A stretch of 64,000 nt of DNA from a virus (lineage: Duplodnaviria > Caudoviricetes). Made by a program: the position numbers and the translations under genes. The stretch lies in the IMG/VR virus record IMGVR_UViG_3300048691_000224. One strand, 5' to 3'. The notes beneath the pieces were generated by a model. It ran no database searches and had not been told where the DNA came from. It saw nothing but the letters and a program-made list of their open reading frames with translations. Position 1 is the first letter of the stretch. Every line of letters begins with the position of its first letter. This document shows, piece after piece, positions 46,835 to 57,700 of the stretch.

Positions 46835-47863
46835 ATGAATACACAAACCACACTATTTCGCACTGTTTACGGCTCCAAGCTATATGGCACTGCGACTCCT
46901 AGTTCTGATTCAGACTACAAGGAGATTGTGTTGCCTAGTATCCGTTCGCTGCTGTTAGGCCACAAATTGGTAAATGTTGTGAAACAAACTGCGCCTGGCC
47001 CGGGTGCGAATAGCGCCAGTGATGTCGATACTGAGTATATTCCAGTTCAAGTATTCGCGCGAGATTTTCTTGGTGGGCAGACTTACGCTATAGAATTAGC
47101 GTTTGCAGTAAATTCTAATCAATTTAGTCCCGAACAATCTGGAACCAGCCTATCAAATACTCGCTTGTTCAGTGCATTTGTCGATGAGCTAACAACTAAG
47201 TTCTTGACGAGCAACATGAAGGCGCTAGTAGGATACGCTCAAAACCAAATCTACCTATTGGGAAATAAAGGCACGCAGGTGACTGCGCTGACTGATCTAC
47301 AATCGCTCCTGCAAGCTACCCCCGATCTACGGTTGTGGTCAATTGCAGATCTGGTGAGTCGGCAGGATTATCAAGCACTTGCTGTTAAGTACCCTACACT
47401 TTATGGTAGTAGTTTGCTGCAGGCAGATCCCATCAATGGTGTAGTACAACAAAAGTTCTTGTCTGTATTTGGTAAATCTCTGGCAGAAAATATGAAGTTG
47501 AGTGAATTATTGCAATTGACACAAAACCGATTGTCAAAGTATGGGGCTCGGAGTCACACAGCGTCAGCTTCGGATAATGTTGATTGGAAAGGCGTTGCTC
47601 ACGGCGTGCGTATCGTCGACCAAGGACTGGAATTGTTGACTACAGGTAAATTATCATTTCCGGTATCGAATCAACAACGTGCACTACTTTTAGATATTCG
47701 TGCAGGTAAATTTCAAATCGATGGTGTTATGCGCACAATAGAGGATAAATTAAATCTTCTAACTGAACTCCAGAAGACGTCGACACTACCAGCTACAATA
47801 GACCTCACGACATTTGAGGATTGGTTATCTACTTGGGTAATGCGTTTTTATAAGATCCAATAA
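46835..47863 (+). CDS. Nucleotidyltransferase (NrdC.11/RlaP-like, Pol-beta family)
   Basis: YGSKLYGTATPSSDSDYK; DWKGVAHGVR...ELL.TG.L.FP. Confidence 0.85.
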   Translation: MNTQTTLFRTVYGSKLYGTATPSSDSDYKEIVLPSIRSLLLGHKLVNVVKQTAPGPGANSASDVDTEYIPVQVFARDFLGGQTYAIELAFAVNSNQFSPEQSGTSLSNTRLFSAFVDELTTKFLTSNMKALVGYAQNQIYLLGNKGTQVTALTDLQSLLQATPDLRLWSIADLVSRQDYQALAVKYPTLYGSSLLQADPINGVVQQKFLSVFGKSLAENMKLSELLQLTQNRLSKYGARSHTASASDNVDWKGVAHGVRIVDQGLELLTTGKLSFPVSNQQRALLLDIRAGKFQIDGVMRTIEDKLNLLTELQKTSTLPATIDLTTFEDWLSTWVMRFYKIQ

Positions 47864-47883
47864 ATAACCCCATCAACTCTCTC

Positions 47884-48492
47884 ATGCCACCGATGAAACT
47901 ACTCGCTAACATTCTTACACAAATGTCACTCGCTGAAGCTACTACTGCTTCAGCGATTTATGACGATCCTACAAAAATCGCCTCCCTGGCTGATTCAGCT
48001 GTCAAGCAACTTATCGCTACACACGGCAGTGATATAAAAAGCGCACGAATGGCAGTAATCGCTACTCAAGTTCGATCACACGTTGATGGTGTTCTACTTG
48101 ATGATAAGATTCGGTTAACCAAAGAGAATTTGAATAAAGTAGTTGATTGTGTTCTTAAACACATTCAGAAGAACGCCAAGGTATATAAATTGGTAGAACG
48201 CCAAGACCCAACTCTTGAGACTACTTTCAAGGAAGGTTGCTGGGCATATCCAAAGACAGAGACAGAACTACAAGCCCTCCGTGATCTAATTACTAGAACA
48301 CCCTCACTGACATGGCATCAGTTGTCTGTTGAAGTGTATCGCATATTTGGTTGTGACGAGTTATTTGATATGATCGCTGAAATTTCAGCTGATGTTGGGG
48401 AAGATTCAGTCATTGGGTACGACTTCCTTGGACAGTGGATCAACAATAACGCACAGTATCCTGATTTGTTTAAACAACTGTATCCAGCGTAA
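47884..48492 (+). CDS. Probable internal head protein (paralog 1)
   Basis: TAAATA at 47861; ~100-aa N-terminal domain shared with 48529; x-x-E sites LAEA, LVE, FKEG. Confidence 0.6.
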   Translation: MPPMKLLANILTQMSLAEATTASAIYDDPTKIASLADSAVKQLIATHGSDIKSARMAVIATQVRSHVDGVLLDDKIRLTKENLNKVVDCVLKHIQKNAKVYKLVERQDPTLETTFKEGCWAYPKTETELQALRDLITRTPSLTWHQLSVEVYRIFGCDELFDMIAEISADVGEDSVIGYDFLGQWINNNAQYPDLFKQLYPA

Positions 48493-48528
48493 ATAGTACG
48501 CACATTACCACACTCACGAGACACTTTA

Positions 48529-49404
48529 ATGCAATTCCTCAATAAATTAATCCAACACGTAGCGCTCACAGAAGCAACCAGCGCAGACGCTCTTTGTTCT
48601 GACGCCGCGAAAATCTCTGCCCTTGCGCAGGCTGCCGCGAAATACCTCAAACGCGAGGGCGACAAAGATATTAGTAAAATGCCTATGGCACTCGTCGCAG
48701 GGCAAGTTCGCTCTTCTGTAGATGCCTCACTTCTGGTAGATAAAGTCAAGCTCGGTAAAGACGCACTCGACAAAGTTGTCACCTGTGTAATGAAAGACAT
48801 TCAACAAAACGCAAAATCCTATAAGTTGGTTGAAGCGGAACAAAAACCCCGCTACTACGTGACCCAAACAAAAGCAGATGGTTGGGTAGTTGTTAGCTTA
48901 GCCACTGATGAAATTGTTAAGTGGGCAGATTCGAGTGATCACGCCCACCAGCTGGAGGCAGAGTTGATGGCTGGTACAATTCAAGAATCAGCAAAGCCTG
49001 CAGATCAGGTGTTGATATCCGCAATTGGCCAGAAGGTATCAGAAGGTGCTAACCCACTAGAAGATCTGAAAGATGAACTCGAAGCCTTGAAAGCAGAATT
49101 GGCAGAAGAATCTGATGCCAAGAAACGCAATTTAATCCGTAATCAGATTGCTCAATTGCGAACAGATATTGCAAAAGGCAAGCGCAGTGTAGCAGAAGGA
49201 TACAATGCAGTACCTTTGGATACAATTCTGACTAAATTTGCAAAAGAATATGCAGCTTTCAAAGCAGGTGGGGATTTGGACCCAGGTTCTGATTTCTATG
49301 ATGCACTGTATGACTTCTATGATGACCAGATGCCATATGGTGTCCAAAAGGCGCGTGATGGCGATCCAGTAGAGTGGATCTCTGATAAACTCGCCGACGA
49401 ATGA
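48529..49404 (+). CDS. Probable internal head polyprotein (paralog 2)
   Basis: TAAATA at 48490; modules separated by LTEA, LVEA, IQES, VSEG, VAEG; C-terminal MPYGVQKARDGDP. Confidence 0.6.
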   Translation: MQFLNKLIQHVALTEATSADALCSDAAKISALAQAAAKYLKREGDKDISKMPMALVAGQVRSSVDASLLVDKVKLGKDALDKVVTCVMKDIQQNAKSYKLVEAEQKPRYYVTQTKADGWVVVSLATDEIVKWADSSDHAHQLEAELMAGTIQESAKPADQVLISAIGQKVSEGANPLEDLKDELEALKAELAEESDAKKRNLIRNQIAQLRTDIAKGKRSVAEGYNAVPLDTILTKFAKEYAAFKAGGDLDPGSDFYDALYDFYDDQMPYGVQKARDGDPVEWISDKLADE

Positions 49405-49664
49405 TATTAGATATTATTGGGTGGCTTGGCAGTATCTGCTTCGCCATCTGCGCATTGCCACAGGCGTATAGTTCCTGGAAACATAAAAACTCTGACGGCA
49501 TAAGTTGGGGTTTTTTAATTTTGTGGCTCGTAGGTGAAGTATTAACACTGACCTACATATTACTGACAACAGCTCAACTACCGCTGATTGCAAATTACTG
49601 CTTAAATTTCGTGTTCTTAGTAGTAATCATCTGGTTTAAAGTATACCCACGACCTCTCAGATAA
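49401..49664 (+). CDS. PQ-loop/SemiSWEET-like three-TM membrane protein
   Basis: IGWLG...ALPQAY...GIS...W..GE...Y. Confidence 0.85.
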   Translation: MILDIIGWLGSICFAICALPQAYSSWKHKNSDGISWGFLILWLVGEVLTLTYILLTTAQLPLIANYCLNFVFLVVIIWFKVYPRPLR

Positions 49665-49690
49665 ATAGTAGTCCAATATAGGACTAATTA

Positions 49691-50257
49691 ATGTTAACCC
49701 AATCAGATTTTTTAGATGATGCAGAACTTCTGCAGTGCCCTGTTGCTGCGATTCAAGCCGTAGCTTTCGTTGAAGCCGGCGGTAGTGGATTTTGCCCGGA
49801 TGGCTTTGTAAAAACTCTATTCGAGGGTCACTACTTCTCTAGATTAACCAAGGGGAAGTACAATAGTACCCACCCCACGATTAGTTATACCAAGTGGACA
49901 AAGCAATTCTACGGCAAGACATGGCAGCAAGAGCGCGCCCGACTTGATACCGCTCTGACACTTGACCGAGCTGCTGCTATTCGTAGTACTAGTTGGGGTA
50001 TGTTCCAGATTATGGGTGAACACTACAAGTTGTGTGGCTTTGACACCCCTCAAGATTTCCTAAACGAAATGATGCTCGGGGAAAACGCTCAGCTAGGTAT
50101 ATTCACAAAGTTTATATTAGGTAGCCCAAAGCTACTTCAAGCAATCCAAGATCAAGATTGGCAGACCTTTGCGCACTTTTACAACGGCGCCGGCTTTAGG
50201 GCTAATAGCTACGATACGAAGATGAAAGCAGCATACGAAAAGTATAGTGAAGCTTGA
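49691..50257 (+). CDS. N-acetylmuramidase (DUF3380) endolysin
   Basis: AIQAVAFVEAGG, LFEGHYF, STSWGMFQIMG, FA..YNGAG...YD.KM; TAAATA at 49662. Confidence 0.92.
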   Translation: MLTQSDFLDDAELLQCPVAAIQAVAFVEAGGSGFCPDGFVKTLFEGHYFSRLTKGKYNSTHPTISYTKWTKQFYGKTWQQERARLDTALTLDRAAAIRSTSWGMFQIMGEHYKLCGFDTPQDFLNEMMLGENAQLGIFTKFILGSPKLLQAIQDQDWQTFAHFYNGAGFRANSYDTKMKAAYEKYSEA

Positions 50258-50285
50258 TTGACATCACACAAGCAGTGTAACCAAT

Positions 50286-50314
50286 AAAAAGAGTGTACCA
50301 GTTGCACTCTTTTT
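50286..50314 (+). terminator. Intrinsic terminator
   Basis: AAAAAGAGTG-TACCAGTTG-CACTCTTTTT. Confidence 0.8.
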
Positions 50315-50509
50315 CACTTCACGTGTGCACCAGTTAACACAATTGTGTTGACCACACCACGAAGAAGTGATCATAATCATAATACAGTCATCCATCACAG
50401 TTGACACACCTTAGATATTCAATGGCAGGTGTTGTCGAATGTTCATAAATATTACCAACCAGTTTCGGTGGAGTACCCGAAACTACATTTTATAAAGTCG
50501 CGAACTACT

Positions 50510-52060
50510 ATGCACACCGCTTTTCGTCAGGGTATTATCTTATCGCCCTATGATACCAATAAACACCCGACATTTCTTCGAGTAGTCAAAAATACCGCGT
50601 TTCCGGGTCGATACGACGTTGATTTGATCGGTGAATATTCACTACCTGTAATCACAACGCTTGCTTTTGGTCAGAGTGAGGTACTACTCAATGTAGACAC
50701 TGTACAGAAAAGTATTTGCTCCTTCGGAACACCGACTGCCCCAATTGGAGTGCGTTACTGGATATACCAACAATATGATATTGTAACAAAAACAATATCT
50801 TACTCATCTTCACAGTACGAGCCTGTATATGACGTCACCGCCCCGTCCGCATTGAGTGGTCAGCTGTGGTTTAATACATCAACCAACATCATGTATCGTT
50901 GGTCTGGAATTAGTTGGTCACCTATTGTTGCAGTTGTGTTGGGTTCTTTTGAACCGAATACTAGCGTGATTACCCAAGCATTTGGTAGTAGCGCTGGCTT
51001 GACTTACACCCACAATACTCTGAGTACTGTCAAATTATATCTTGACACAAACACACTCCGTGATGATTCAGTGTTGATGGACTCACTACAACACGAGTAC
51101 TATCCTATCGAGTCGCTGTATGTCGATCCAAACTTCAACCACAAACACAATATTCTGATATCAGGTACTGCGATAGTTGCGTGTAGTGCATTTACGTACG
51201 TTCGTGTTGACACAGATGGTAGAATGTCCCCAGCTAGCTATAGTGATATTGGTGCTTACCAAGTTGGTATCATTACCGAAGACGTAGCGATTAGTCAGAC
51301 AACAAATGTGATTATTTTCGGTCTGGTTAGCAATCCTAGTTGGAACTTCGCAGCCGCGGGTGCATCACTCTGGGTATCCTCAGCAGGTGCTATCACAACA
51401 AGTGACCCAGCTCAGCTCCCACTCAAAAACGCCATCGGCAAAACAGCAAGCCGTACTTCCATAGTACTTGGGAGCACAAGTGGTTCTGCAATTCAAGCAA
51501 CTAGTAGTGGAAGTAGTGGTGGAACAACACCATCCCCAGTAATTGCTGCGAATGTAACTTCGACTATCAATTTACCGATTGCAAATGGTGCAGATTCGAT
51601 TGCACTTGGAATCGGTGCTACAACCAACAGCCAAGGATCAATTGCTCAAGCTAGTGGTGTGTTCACAGGGATGGGTGATGCACAAGCTGTGAGTTATGTT
51701 GTACGGAATGTCACAACAAACGCCACTCCTCAAACACTTTATCTAGATGGGGTATCGGAAGCAATGTTAATTGCTGATGGTACCACTCTCGTATTCGAGG
51801 GCCTCGTCGTTGGAAGAAGCCAGACAAGTACTGATGCTGCAGGTTTCAGTATATCCGGATTGGTAACGAAACAATCTGGAGCAAATACACTCGAGTTTGT
51901 TGGAACGCCCAGCATTTCAGTAATCTCACGTAGTAATGCTGTATGGGATGTTTTGTTGAGTGTTAATACATTCTCTGGTGCCCTACAAATCAAAGCTAGA
52001 GGAGTATCAGGAGAGACTATCCACTGGGTAGCGAATGTTAAGACTGCAGAAGTCAAGTAA
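50510..52060 (+). CDS. Tail/baseplate structural protein
   Basis: LWFNTSTN..YRW module; C-terminal GDAQ..YV.RN.T...L.LDG...W.A...T.EV domain shared with 52116; start uncertain. Confidence 0.7.
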   Translation: MHTAFRQGIILSPYDTNKHPTFLRVVKNTAFPGRYDVDLIGEYSLPVITTLAFGQSEVLLNVDTVQKSICSFGTPTAPIGVRYWIYQQYDIVTKTISYSSSQYEPVYDVTAPSALSGQLWFNTSTNIMYRWSGISWSPIVAVVLGSFEPNTSVITQAFGSSAGLTYTHNTLSTVKLYLDTNTLRDDSVLMDSLQHEYYPIESLYVDPNFNHKHNILISGTAIVACSAFTYVRVDTDGRMSPASYSDIGAYQVGIITEDVAISQTTNVIIFGLVSNPSWNFAAAGASLWVSSAGAITTSDPAQLPLKNAIGKTASRTSIVLGSTSGSAIQATSSGSSGGTTPSPVIAANVTSTINLPIANGADSIALGIGATTNSQGSIAQASGVFTGMGDAQAVSYVVRNVTTNATPQTLYLDGVSEAMLIADGTTLVFEGLVVGRSQTSTDAAGFSISGLVTKQSGANTLEFVGTPSISVISRSNAVWDVLLSVNTFSGALQIKARGVSGETIHWVANVKTAEVK

Positions 52061-52115
52061 AGCGTGCTAAATAAACAGCATTTAATTTTTATCAACCCCA
52101 AAGAGAACCGCAATT

Positions 52116-54677
52116 ATGAATTTCGATTATGATTTAGAACAAATTACGCCCAAGAACACGGACAGCTTGCTAATTGCAGCAACTGGTGCCTTTGGCATAC
52201 CAGCAGGTACCACTGCTCAACGCCCTGTAGCTCCACCCGCTGGTTCTATTCGCTTCAATACGGATACCCAACTGTTTGAAGAGTTTGATACTGTTTGGCG
52301 CAATATAGGTACAGTAACATCTGTAGCTACAACTGCTCCTGTAGCAGGTTTGACCATCTCTGGTGGTACAATTACTGAAGCAGGCACATTGACTTTTGCA
52401 CTCGCTAATGACTTGGCTGCTGTTGAAGGTTTGGCTACTACAGGTCTTGCAGTACGCACAGATGCTGATACATGGGCAACACGCACCGTTACAGGAACAG
52501 CAGGTAATGTTACTATCACCAATGGTGATGGTATCGCTGGCAATCCCACAATTGACTTAGCTGCACTGGGTACACCTGTGACCGCTTCGATGGTCAAGGT
52601 TACTACTGATGCATACGGTCGCGTTACTGCAACAACTCCTGTAACACAAAGTGATATCTCGAGTTCACTCGGATTCACTCCTGTAAACATCGCAGGTGAT
52701 ACAATGACCGGACCATTGGTCTTGTCTGCAGATGCTGTGTCTGGACTCCAAGCCGCGACGCTACAACAAGTTCAAAGTTTGGTTAGTTCAGCTGTCAATA
52801 ACCGCGACGATAAACAATCAGTTCGTGTCGCATCATCGACCAACATCACACTGACTGCACCAGGTGCAACAATTGATGGTATTACAATGGCAACTGGCGA
52901 GCGCTTCTTGGCACTCGGACAAACCAACGGTGCACAGAATGGTATCTACGTATACAACGGTGCACTGACTGCTGCAACTCGTGCCTCAGACGCAGACACA
53001 TCAGCTGAAGTTACAGCTGGTTTGACAACATTCGTATCTGAAGGTACTTCTGCTGGTTCTAGCTACTCTATCATTGGTACAGATCCAATCGTCCTTGATA
53101 CTACATCACTGACGTTTGCTCAGACAGGATCATCTACTCCTTATACCGGTGCAAATGGCGTTTCTGTATCTGGTACAGTGATTGAGACAGAAGCATCTAG
53201 CTCACTTCGCTCGTTGCACACTCTTGCTACCAACGGCATGCTGGCGCAAACCGCCGCCGGTACTGTTGCAGCTCGCACAATCTCTGGTCCATCTTCAGGT
53301 GTGACAGTTGCAAATGGTGATGGTGTTGCTGGTAACCCTACAATTTCATTGGCCAATGACTTGGCTGCTGTTGAAGGTTTAACTACTACTGGTGTTGCTG
53401 TTCGTACTGGCGTCGATACGTGGACAACACGTACAACACAAGGCACTGCAAGTCAAGTTACTGTCGCAAATGGTGACGGCGTATCTGGCGATCCTACAAT
53501 TTCACTAGCAAGTGATGTTGTTTTACCTGGCACAATCGGTGTGACATTACCTTCAGGTACCAATGCACAAGAAACCGGTACGACAGATGGTCAAGTTCGT
53601 TACAACACAACAACAAACCGTGCGCGCATTCGCCAAGGTGGTGTGTGGGCAGATGTTGGTACAGGTGATGGTTCTGTAACTAGTGTTGCTGTTACTGGAT
53701 CTACTGGCTTGGATGTAACAGGCGGTCCAGTAACTTCTGCTGGAACATTTGGTCTGACTCTCGGTGCAGAACTGCAAGCACTCAGTGCACTCAGCGCAGA
53801 CGGTATTGTAGTTCGTAATGGTGCAGCATATGCATCTCGAGCACTCAACGCCGGAACAGGTATTTCGATTACCAACGCAAACGGCACAGGTGGTAACCCC
53901 GTAATTTCAAATACTGGTGTTACATCAGTCGCATTAGAGTTACCAACCATGTTCGTTGTGACAGGATCACCTGTGACAACAACTGGTACACTGACTGCTG
54001 AACTGAGCACTCAAGCCGCGGCTACGGTATTCGCTGGCCCCACATCAGGTGGATCAGCCACTCCAACATTCCGCGCCCTTGCAGTCGCTGATTTGCCGAT
54101 CGCATTGTACCGCGAGAATCCAAACGGTAGTGTTGTAACTCCAATTGCAACTGGTACCAACTCTTATGCACAAGGATCAGGATCCAAGGCTACTGGATTA
54201 AACACTGTCGCAACAGGCGCTGGAACAGATGCTCGTTTGCCTGGTGGTAATGTGTACGCAAACGGTGCCTTCACATCAGCTGGTGATGCACAGATTGGTC
54301 AGTATGTGATGCGCAATATCACAACCGACGACACGGCATCTGAGCTGTTCTTGGATGGAGTTGCCGCACAGTTTGTACTCCAAGACAATAGTGCCGTGAC
54401 ATTTGAGTTGACAATGACAGCCCTGCGCACTGATGCTTCAGGTGGTGCGGCTTCATACATGTTTGTTGGTGGCATCCGTAGAGATACAGGCGCAGCTTCA
54501 ACAACAATCACAGGATCTGTGTCCAAGGTGATTGTTGCTGAGACAAACGCACAGTGGGGATGTGACGTAGTTGCAGATACCACAACTGGTGCACTCAAAG
54601 TTGTGGTCACGGGCCAGGCCGCGAAGACTATTCGTTGGGTGGCGCGTCTGGATACTGTAGAAGTGCTTAAAGCTTAA
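52116..54677 (+). CDS. Long tail fibre-like protein with internal repeats
   Basis: TAAATA at 52068; G/T/A-rich GTVTSV and ANDLAAVEGL...NGDG..GNPTI repeats; DDKQSVRVAS...Q.NG..NGIYV module. Confidence 0.8.
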   Translation: MNFDYDLEQITPKNTDSLLIAATGAFGIPAGTTAQRPVAPPAGSIRFNTDTQLFEEFDTVWRNIGTVTSVATTAPVAGLTISGGTITEAGTLTFALANDLAAVEGLATTGLAVRTDADTWATRTVTGTAGNVTITNGDGIAGNPTIDLAALGTPVTASMVKVTTDAYGRVTATTPVTQSDISSSLGFTPVNIAGDTMTGPLVLSADAVSGLQAATLQQVQSLVSSAVNNRDDKQSVRVASSTNITLTAPGATIDGITMATGERFLALGQTNGAQNGIYVYNGALTAATRASDADTSAEVTAGLTTFVSEGTSAGSSYSIIGTDPIVLDTTSLTFAQTGSSTPYTGANGVSVSGTVIETEASSSLRSLHTLATNGMLAQTAAGTVAARTISGPSSGVTVANGDGVAGNPTISLANDLAAVEGLTTTGVAVRTGVDTWTTRTTQGTASQVTVANGDGVSGDPTISLASDVVLPGTIGVTLPSGTNAQETGTTDGQVRYNTTTNRARIRQGGVWADVGTGDGSVTSVAVTGSTGLDVTGGPVTSAGTFGLTLGAELQALSALSADGIVVRNGAAYASRALNAGTGISITNANGTGGNPVISNTGVTSVALELPTMFVVTGSPVTTTGTLTAELSTQAAATVFAGPTSGGSATPTFRALAVADLPIALYRENPNGSVVTPIATGTNSYAQGSGSKATGLNTVATGAGTDARLPGGNVYANGAFTSAGDAQIGQYVMRNITTDDTASELFLDGVAAQFVLQDNSAVTFELTMTALRTDASGGAASYMFVGGIRRDTGAASTTITGSVSKVIVAETNAQWGCDVVADTTTGALKVVVTGQAAKTIRWVARLDTVEVLKA
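52407..53380 (+). repeat. Intragenic direct repeat (26-nt identical core at 52407-52432 and 53355-53380)
   Basis: AATGACTTGGCTGCTGTTGAAGGTTT occurs twice. Confidence 0.85.
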
Positions 54678-54696
54678 TAGCTAGTATTCTGATGAG

Positions 54697-54725
54697 AAAA
54701 AAGGGTCCTACGAGGACCCTTTTTT
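54697..54725 (+). terminator. Intrinsic terminator
   Basis: AAAAAAGGGTCC-TACGA-GGACCCTTTTTT. Confidence 0.88.
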
Positions 54726-54751
54726 ATTGGGGAGTCGGGGGTGGCGCTGTG

Positions 54752-54759
54752 TATAAATA
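54752..54759 (+). promoter_or_regulatory. T4-type late promoter TATAAATA (representative of about 20 TAAATA sites)
   Basis: Exact TATAAATA also at 12437, 18825 and on the minus strand at 4879-4886; TAAATA precedes most structural genes. Confidence 0.8.
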
Positions 54760-54801
54760 CAATATTGATACCGCACAACAAGCCCGAGAGTACCCACAAC
54801 T

Positions 54802-57645
54802 ATGGATTTCGATCACAGTATAGATAAAATAAGCCCCAGCACGTCAGAGAATATTATTGAATTTGGTGGCGAAGGTATCATTTTGCCTGTTGGACCAGAT
54901 AGTGGGCGACCACCAAATTCTCCTGGCCTTATCCGATACAACACCACACGTGATGTATTAGAATTTAATAATGGTAGTGGGTGGAGTAGCTTTGGGCAGA
55001 CATATGACCAGCTCGTCACAGGATCTTCCGTATTAATTTCTAAATTCATCCCCGAAGGAATTTGGAACGCGATTGTCGCAGGAACCAACACCACACCAGT
55101 CGGTACCTATATCCAGGCAGCACTCACTTCATGTGCCATATCACATGCAACCCTGATTTTCTCACCATACACCTATCTTATTGAAATCGGGTTGGAGTAT
55201 GACTATGGTAGTCACTCAATTATTGGTAACGGGGCTAAACTAGATTTTTCAAATACCAATCCAGGAGTCACAATTGCATTCAGTATAGTAACGCCACACA
55301 ATTACTATCCTCTATGGGATTCTGCAATCCACAGCTTGCATGGCCTCAACATTAAAGGTTATAACTATGGGGCCGTCCGCCCCATTGGTCTCACTGGAGT
55401 ACAGTTTGGCGTCGGCCTTGCTGATACCGGAGCGCATGCTGCAATGCAAAACTGCTCAGTGTCGGGGTTCGATACTCTGATCAATTTCGGACACCACTCT
55501 TACGTACAAAAAATTGACTCATGTGCACTCCATAATGGAAACATTGCCGTGTTGTACAGTGGAATATCACTTGAAGATTCGGGTGAACGGATTGGCTTCA
55601 CAAACTGTGTTATATTCAATAGTAATACTCTCGTGAAGGCTATTTCGGGTAATATATCACTCAGCAATTGTTCATTCGATTATTTCACTGAAGAAGCTAT
55701 TGTTGCTGAGTATGGTGGGTCTGTGTACGTCACTGATTCGCACGTAGAAAGTATCAACAACCCTAACTTGAAGCCGTGGTTCGTCGCACAAGATTCGAAC
55801 TCCAGAATCTGTTTCAGTAACACAATTATTGTTGTGAATGAACCGGTAAGTGTATACATGGGAATTGCTGATGATTCTGTAAACGGATCAGACACAGGAT
55901 CGGCTGATGCTGGTATATTCTTAGTTAACACTCACATTTCATTCACACCAACTGGTGAGTATACACTACAAACCTTATTTAAAGGTGCTGTATACATATC
56001 TAACATGTCAACTTTTGACGGTGGACGATATTCTCCTTCTAACAAGCGTGTTCACGTCCATGTTGATAGGAATAACCTGCTCGCTAATGGATCATTTGAG
56101 AGTTCCATAGCTCTGGCTGAGTGGATATCAAGTACAGGATCCACGTATAATGCCCCCATTATATCAACAAACTTGCCTGCGACTGGTACCAAGTCACTGA
56201 GACTTCAAGCTTCAGATGGTGTATCAACAACATCTAGTAAGATTTACAAATCTTTCTTGGCATCTCCTGGTGCAAAACCTACAATTGGATTCAAGGCAAG
56301 AGGGTCCATTCCAGTTGGTAGTAATTTGGTAGTCACAGTAGGATATGCAACTGCTTCTGGATTTGATTCTTCTGTAGCATCACGTACGTTTGTCTATAAC
56401 TACACAGCCACGGAAGTATCATCGTCAAGTTGGAGTTTGGAGAGTATTCGCCCATATTCTCGTGCACCTATAGGAACATCTCGCGTATATGTATCTTTCG
56501 AAGCTACAGTAGAGGCTGATGTGTACATCGATGATGTTATATTCGAAGTATTAGACAATAGTCCGACTACGATGGATTTGTCAGACGTCTCTATAAACTC
56601 TCTGAAGGATGTTGATACAATTAGTGTACCACCGACTACAGGTCAGGCGTTGTTGTATAATTCTACATCAGGAATCTGGGCTCCAGGTACAGTATCAGGT
56701 GGGGGCGGTGGAGGTGGATTATCTGCATCTGCAGCGGAAGTTATTACAGGGCGCTGGGAATTTGTCAACGGTGGGCGATTAGCACGGTTTGACTTCTCTG
56801 GTGGTGATATCACCGACAAGGTACTTGCGGCTGATGGTGGCATAACATTCAACTACTCTTCTTCATATTCAGGTGTAGATCCATTTCCATACTACCGAGA
56901 TTTTACAGTTTTCAATGGTAAGGGTCTAGCAGCGATGAAGATCTTTGGTGCAACCCGAACTGCACTATTTTACTCTAAGATACAATTTGGAAATTTGACT
57001 GCGGGTGCAAATCAGATTGGATTTACTGGTGGTGAGGGCGATCCGGGTGACACCGCTGAGATTGCGATCAACTACAACTCAGGATATGACGCTACCACGA
57101 ACGTTTACGACTTCCCGTATTATAGATCGTTCCACATATTCGACGGCAAAGGTGGTAGCTTACTAAAATGCACAGGCCTTGGACGGAGAATTGACTTCAA
57201 TACTGACAATGTGTACTTGTCAGGGATACTGCACTTCAAGGGCTATCAAACATTCGATACTCAAATCTATTGCAACTCAACCGCGCAGCGTTACATCACA
57301 ATTCCTGACTCGTCTGGAACTCTTGCAACACAAGAATGGGTCACACCTCAACTCACTGCGATATCTAATTCAGTTAACACTGTTGCTGTAAGATACACTA
57401 CTGCAGATTACAGTGCACTAACAACTGATAATACACTACTCGTTGACGTAGCGATTGGGCAAACTATCACACTGCCTGCTGCTAATGCAAACACAGGAAA
57501 GTTGTATAGAATATCAAATGTTGGTGCTAATGCGGTAACACTGACTGCAACTCAGGGCTCTATCCAATGGGGAGCAAGTCAGTCTGTTGGACCTCAAGTA
57601 CAGAGAGTTGTGGTCAGTGACGGCAACAACTGGTTTTGGTGTTAA
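54802..57645 (+). CDS. Tailspike/depolymerase-like protein (beta-helix + CBM-like domain)
   Basis: Beta-helix-like Asn/Cys/Ser ladders (IIGNGAKLDF, NCSVSGF, FTNCVIFN), NLLANGSFE...YIDDV CBM-like segment, C-terminal adhesin-like end. Confidence 0.75.
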   Translation: MDFDHSIDKISPSTSENIIEFGGEGIILPVGPDSGRPPNSPGLIRYNTTRDVLEFNNGSGWSSFGQTYDQLVTGSSVLISKFIPEGIWNAIVAGTNTTPVGTYIQAALTSCAISHATLIFSPYTYLIEIGLEYDYGSHSIIGNGAKLDFSNTNPGVTIAFSIVTPHNYYPLWDSAIHSLHGLNIKGYNYGAVRPIGLTGVQFGVGLADTGAHAAMQNCSVSGFDTLINFGHHSYVQKIDSCALHNGNIAVLYSGISLEDSGERIGFTNCVIFNSNTLVKAISGNISLSNCSFDYFTEEAIVAEYGGSVYVTDSHVESINNPNLKPWFVAQDSNSRICFSNTIIVVNEPVSVYMGIADDSVNGSDTGSADAGIFLVNTHISFTPTGEYTLQTLFKGAVYISNMSTFDGGRYSPSNKRVHVHVDRNNLLANGSFESSIALAEWISSTGSTYNAPIISTNLPATGTKSLRLQASDGVSTTSSKIYKSFLASPGAKPTIGFKARGSIPVGSNLVVTVGYATASGFDSSVASRTFVYNYTATEVSSSSWSLESIRPYSRAPIGTSRVYVSFEATVEADVYIDDVIFEVLDNSPTTMDLSDVSINSLKDVDTISVPPTTGQALLYNSTSGIWAPGTVSGGGGGGGLSASAAEVITGRWEFVNGGRLARFDFSGGDITDKVLAADGGITFNYSSSYSGVDPFPYYRDFTVFNGKGLAAMKIFGATRTALFYSKIQFGNLTAGANQIGFTGGEGDPGDTAEIAINYNSGYDATTNVYDFPYYRSFHIFDGKGGSLLKCTGLGRRIDFNTDNVYLSGILHFKGYQTFDTQIYCNSTAQRYITIPDSSGTLATQEWVTPQLTAISNSVNTVAVRYTTADYSALTTDNTLLVDVAIGQTITLPAANANTGKLYRISNVGANAVTLTATQGSIQWGASQSVGPQVQRVVVSDGNNWFWC

Positions 57646-57700
57646 TTCTATTACAATAAATATAACTCAAATTATGTATTTTGTTTAGGGAGAATAGAGA

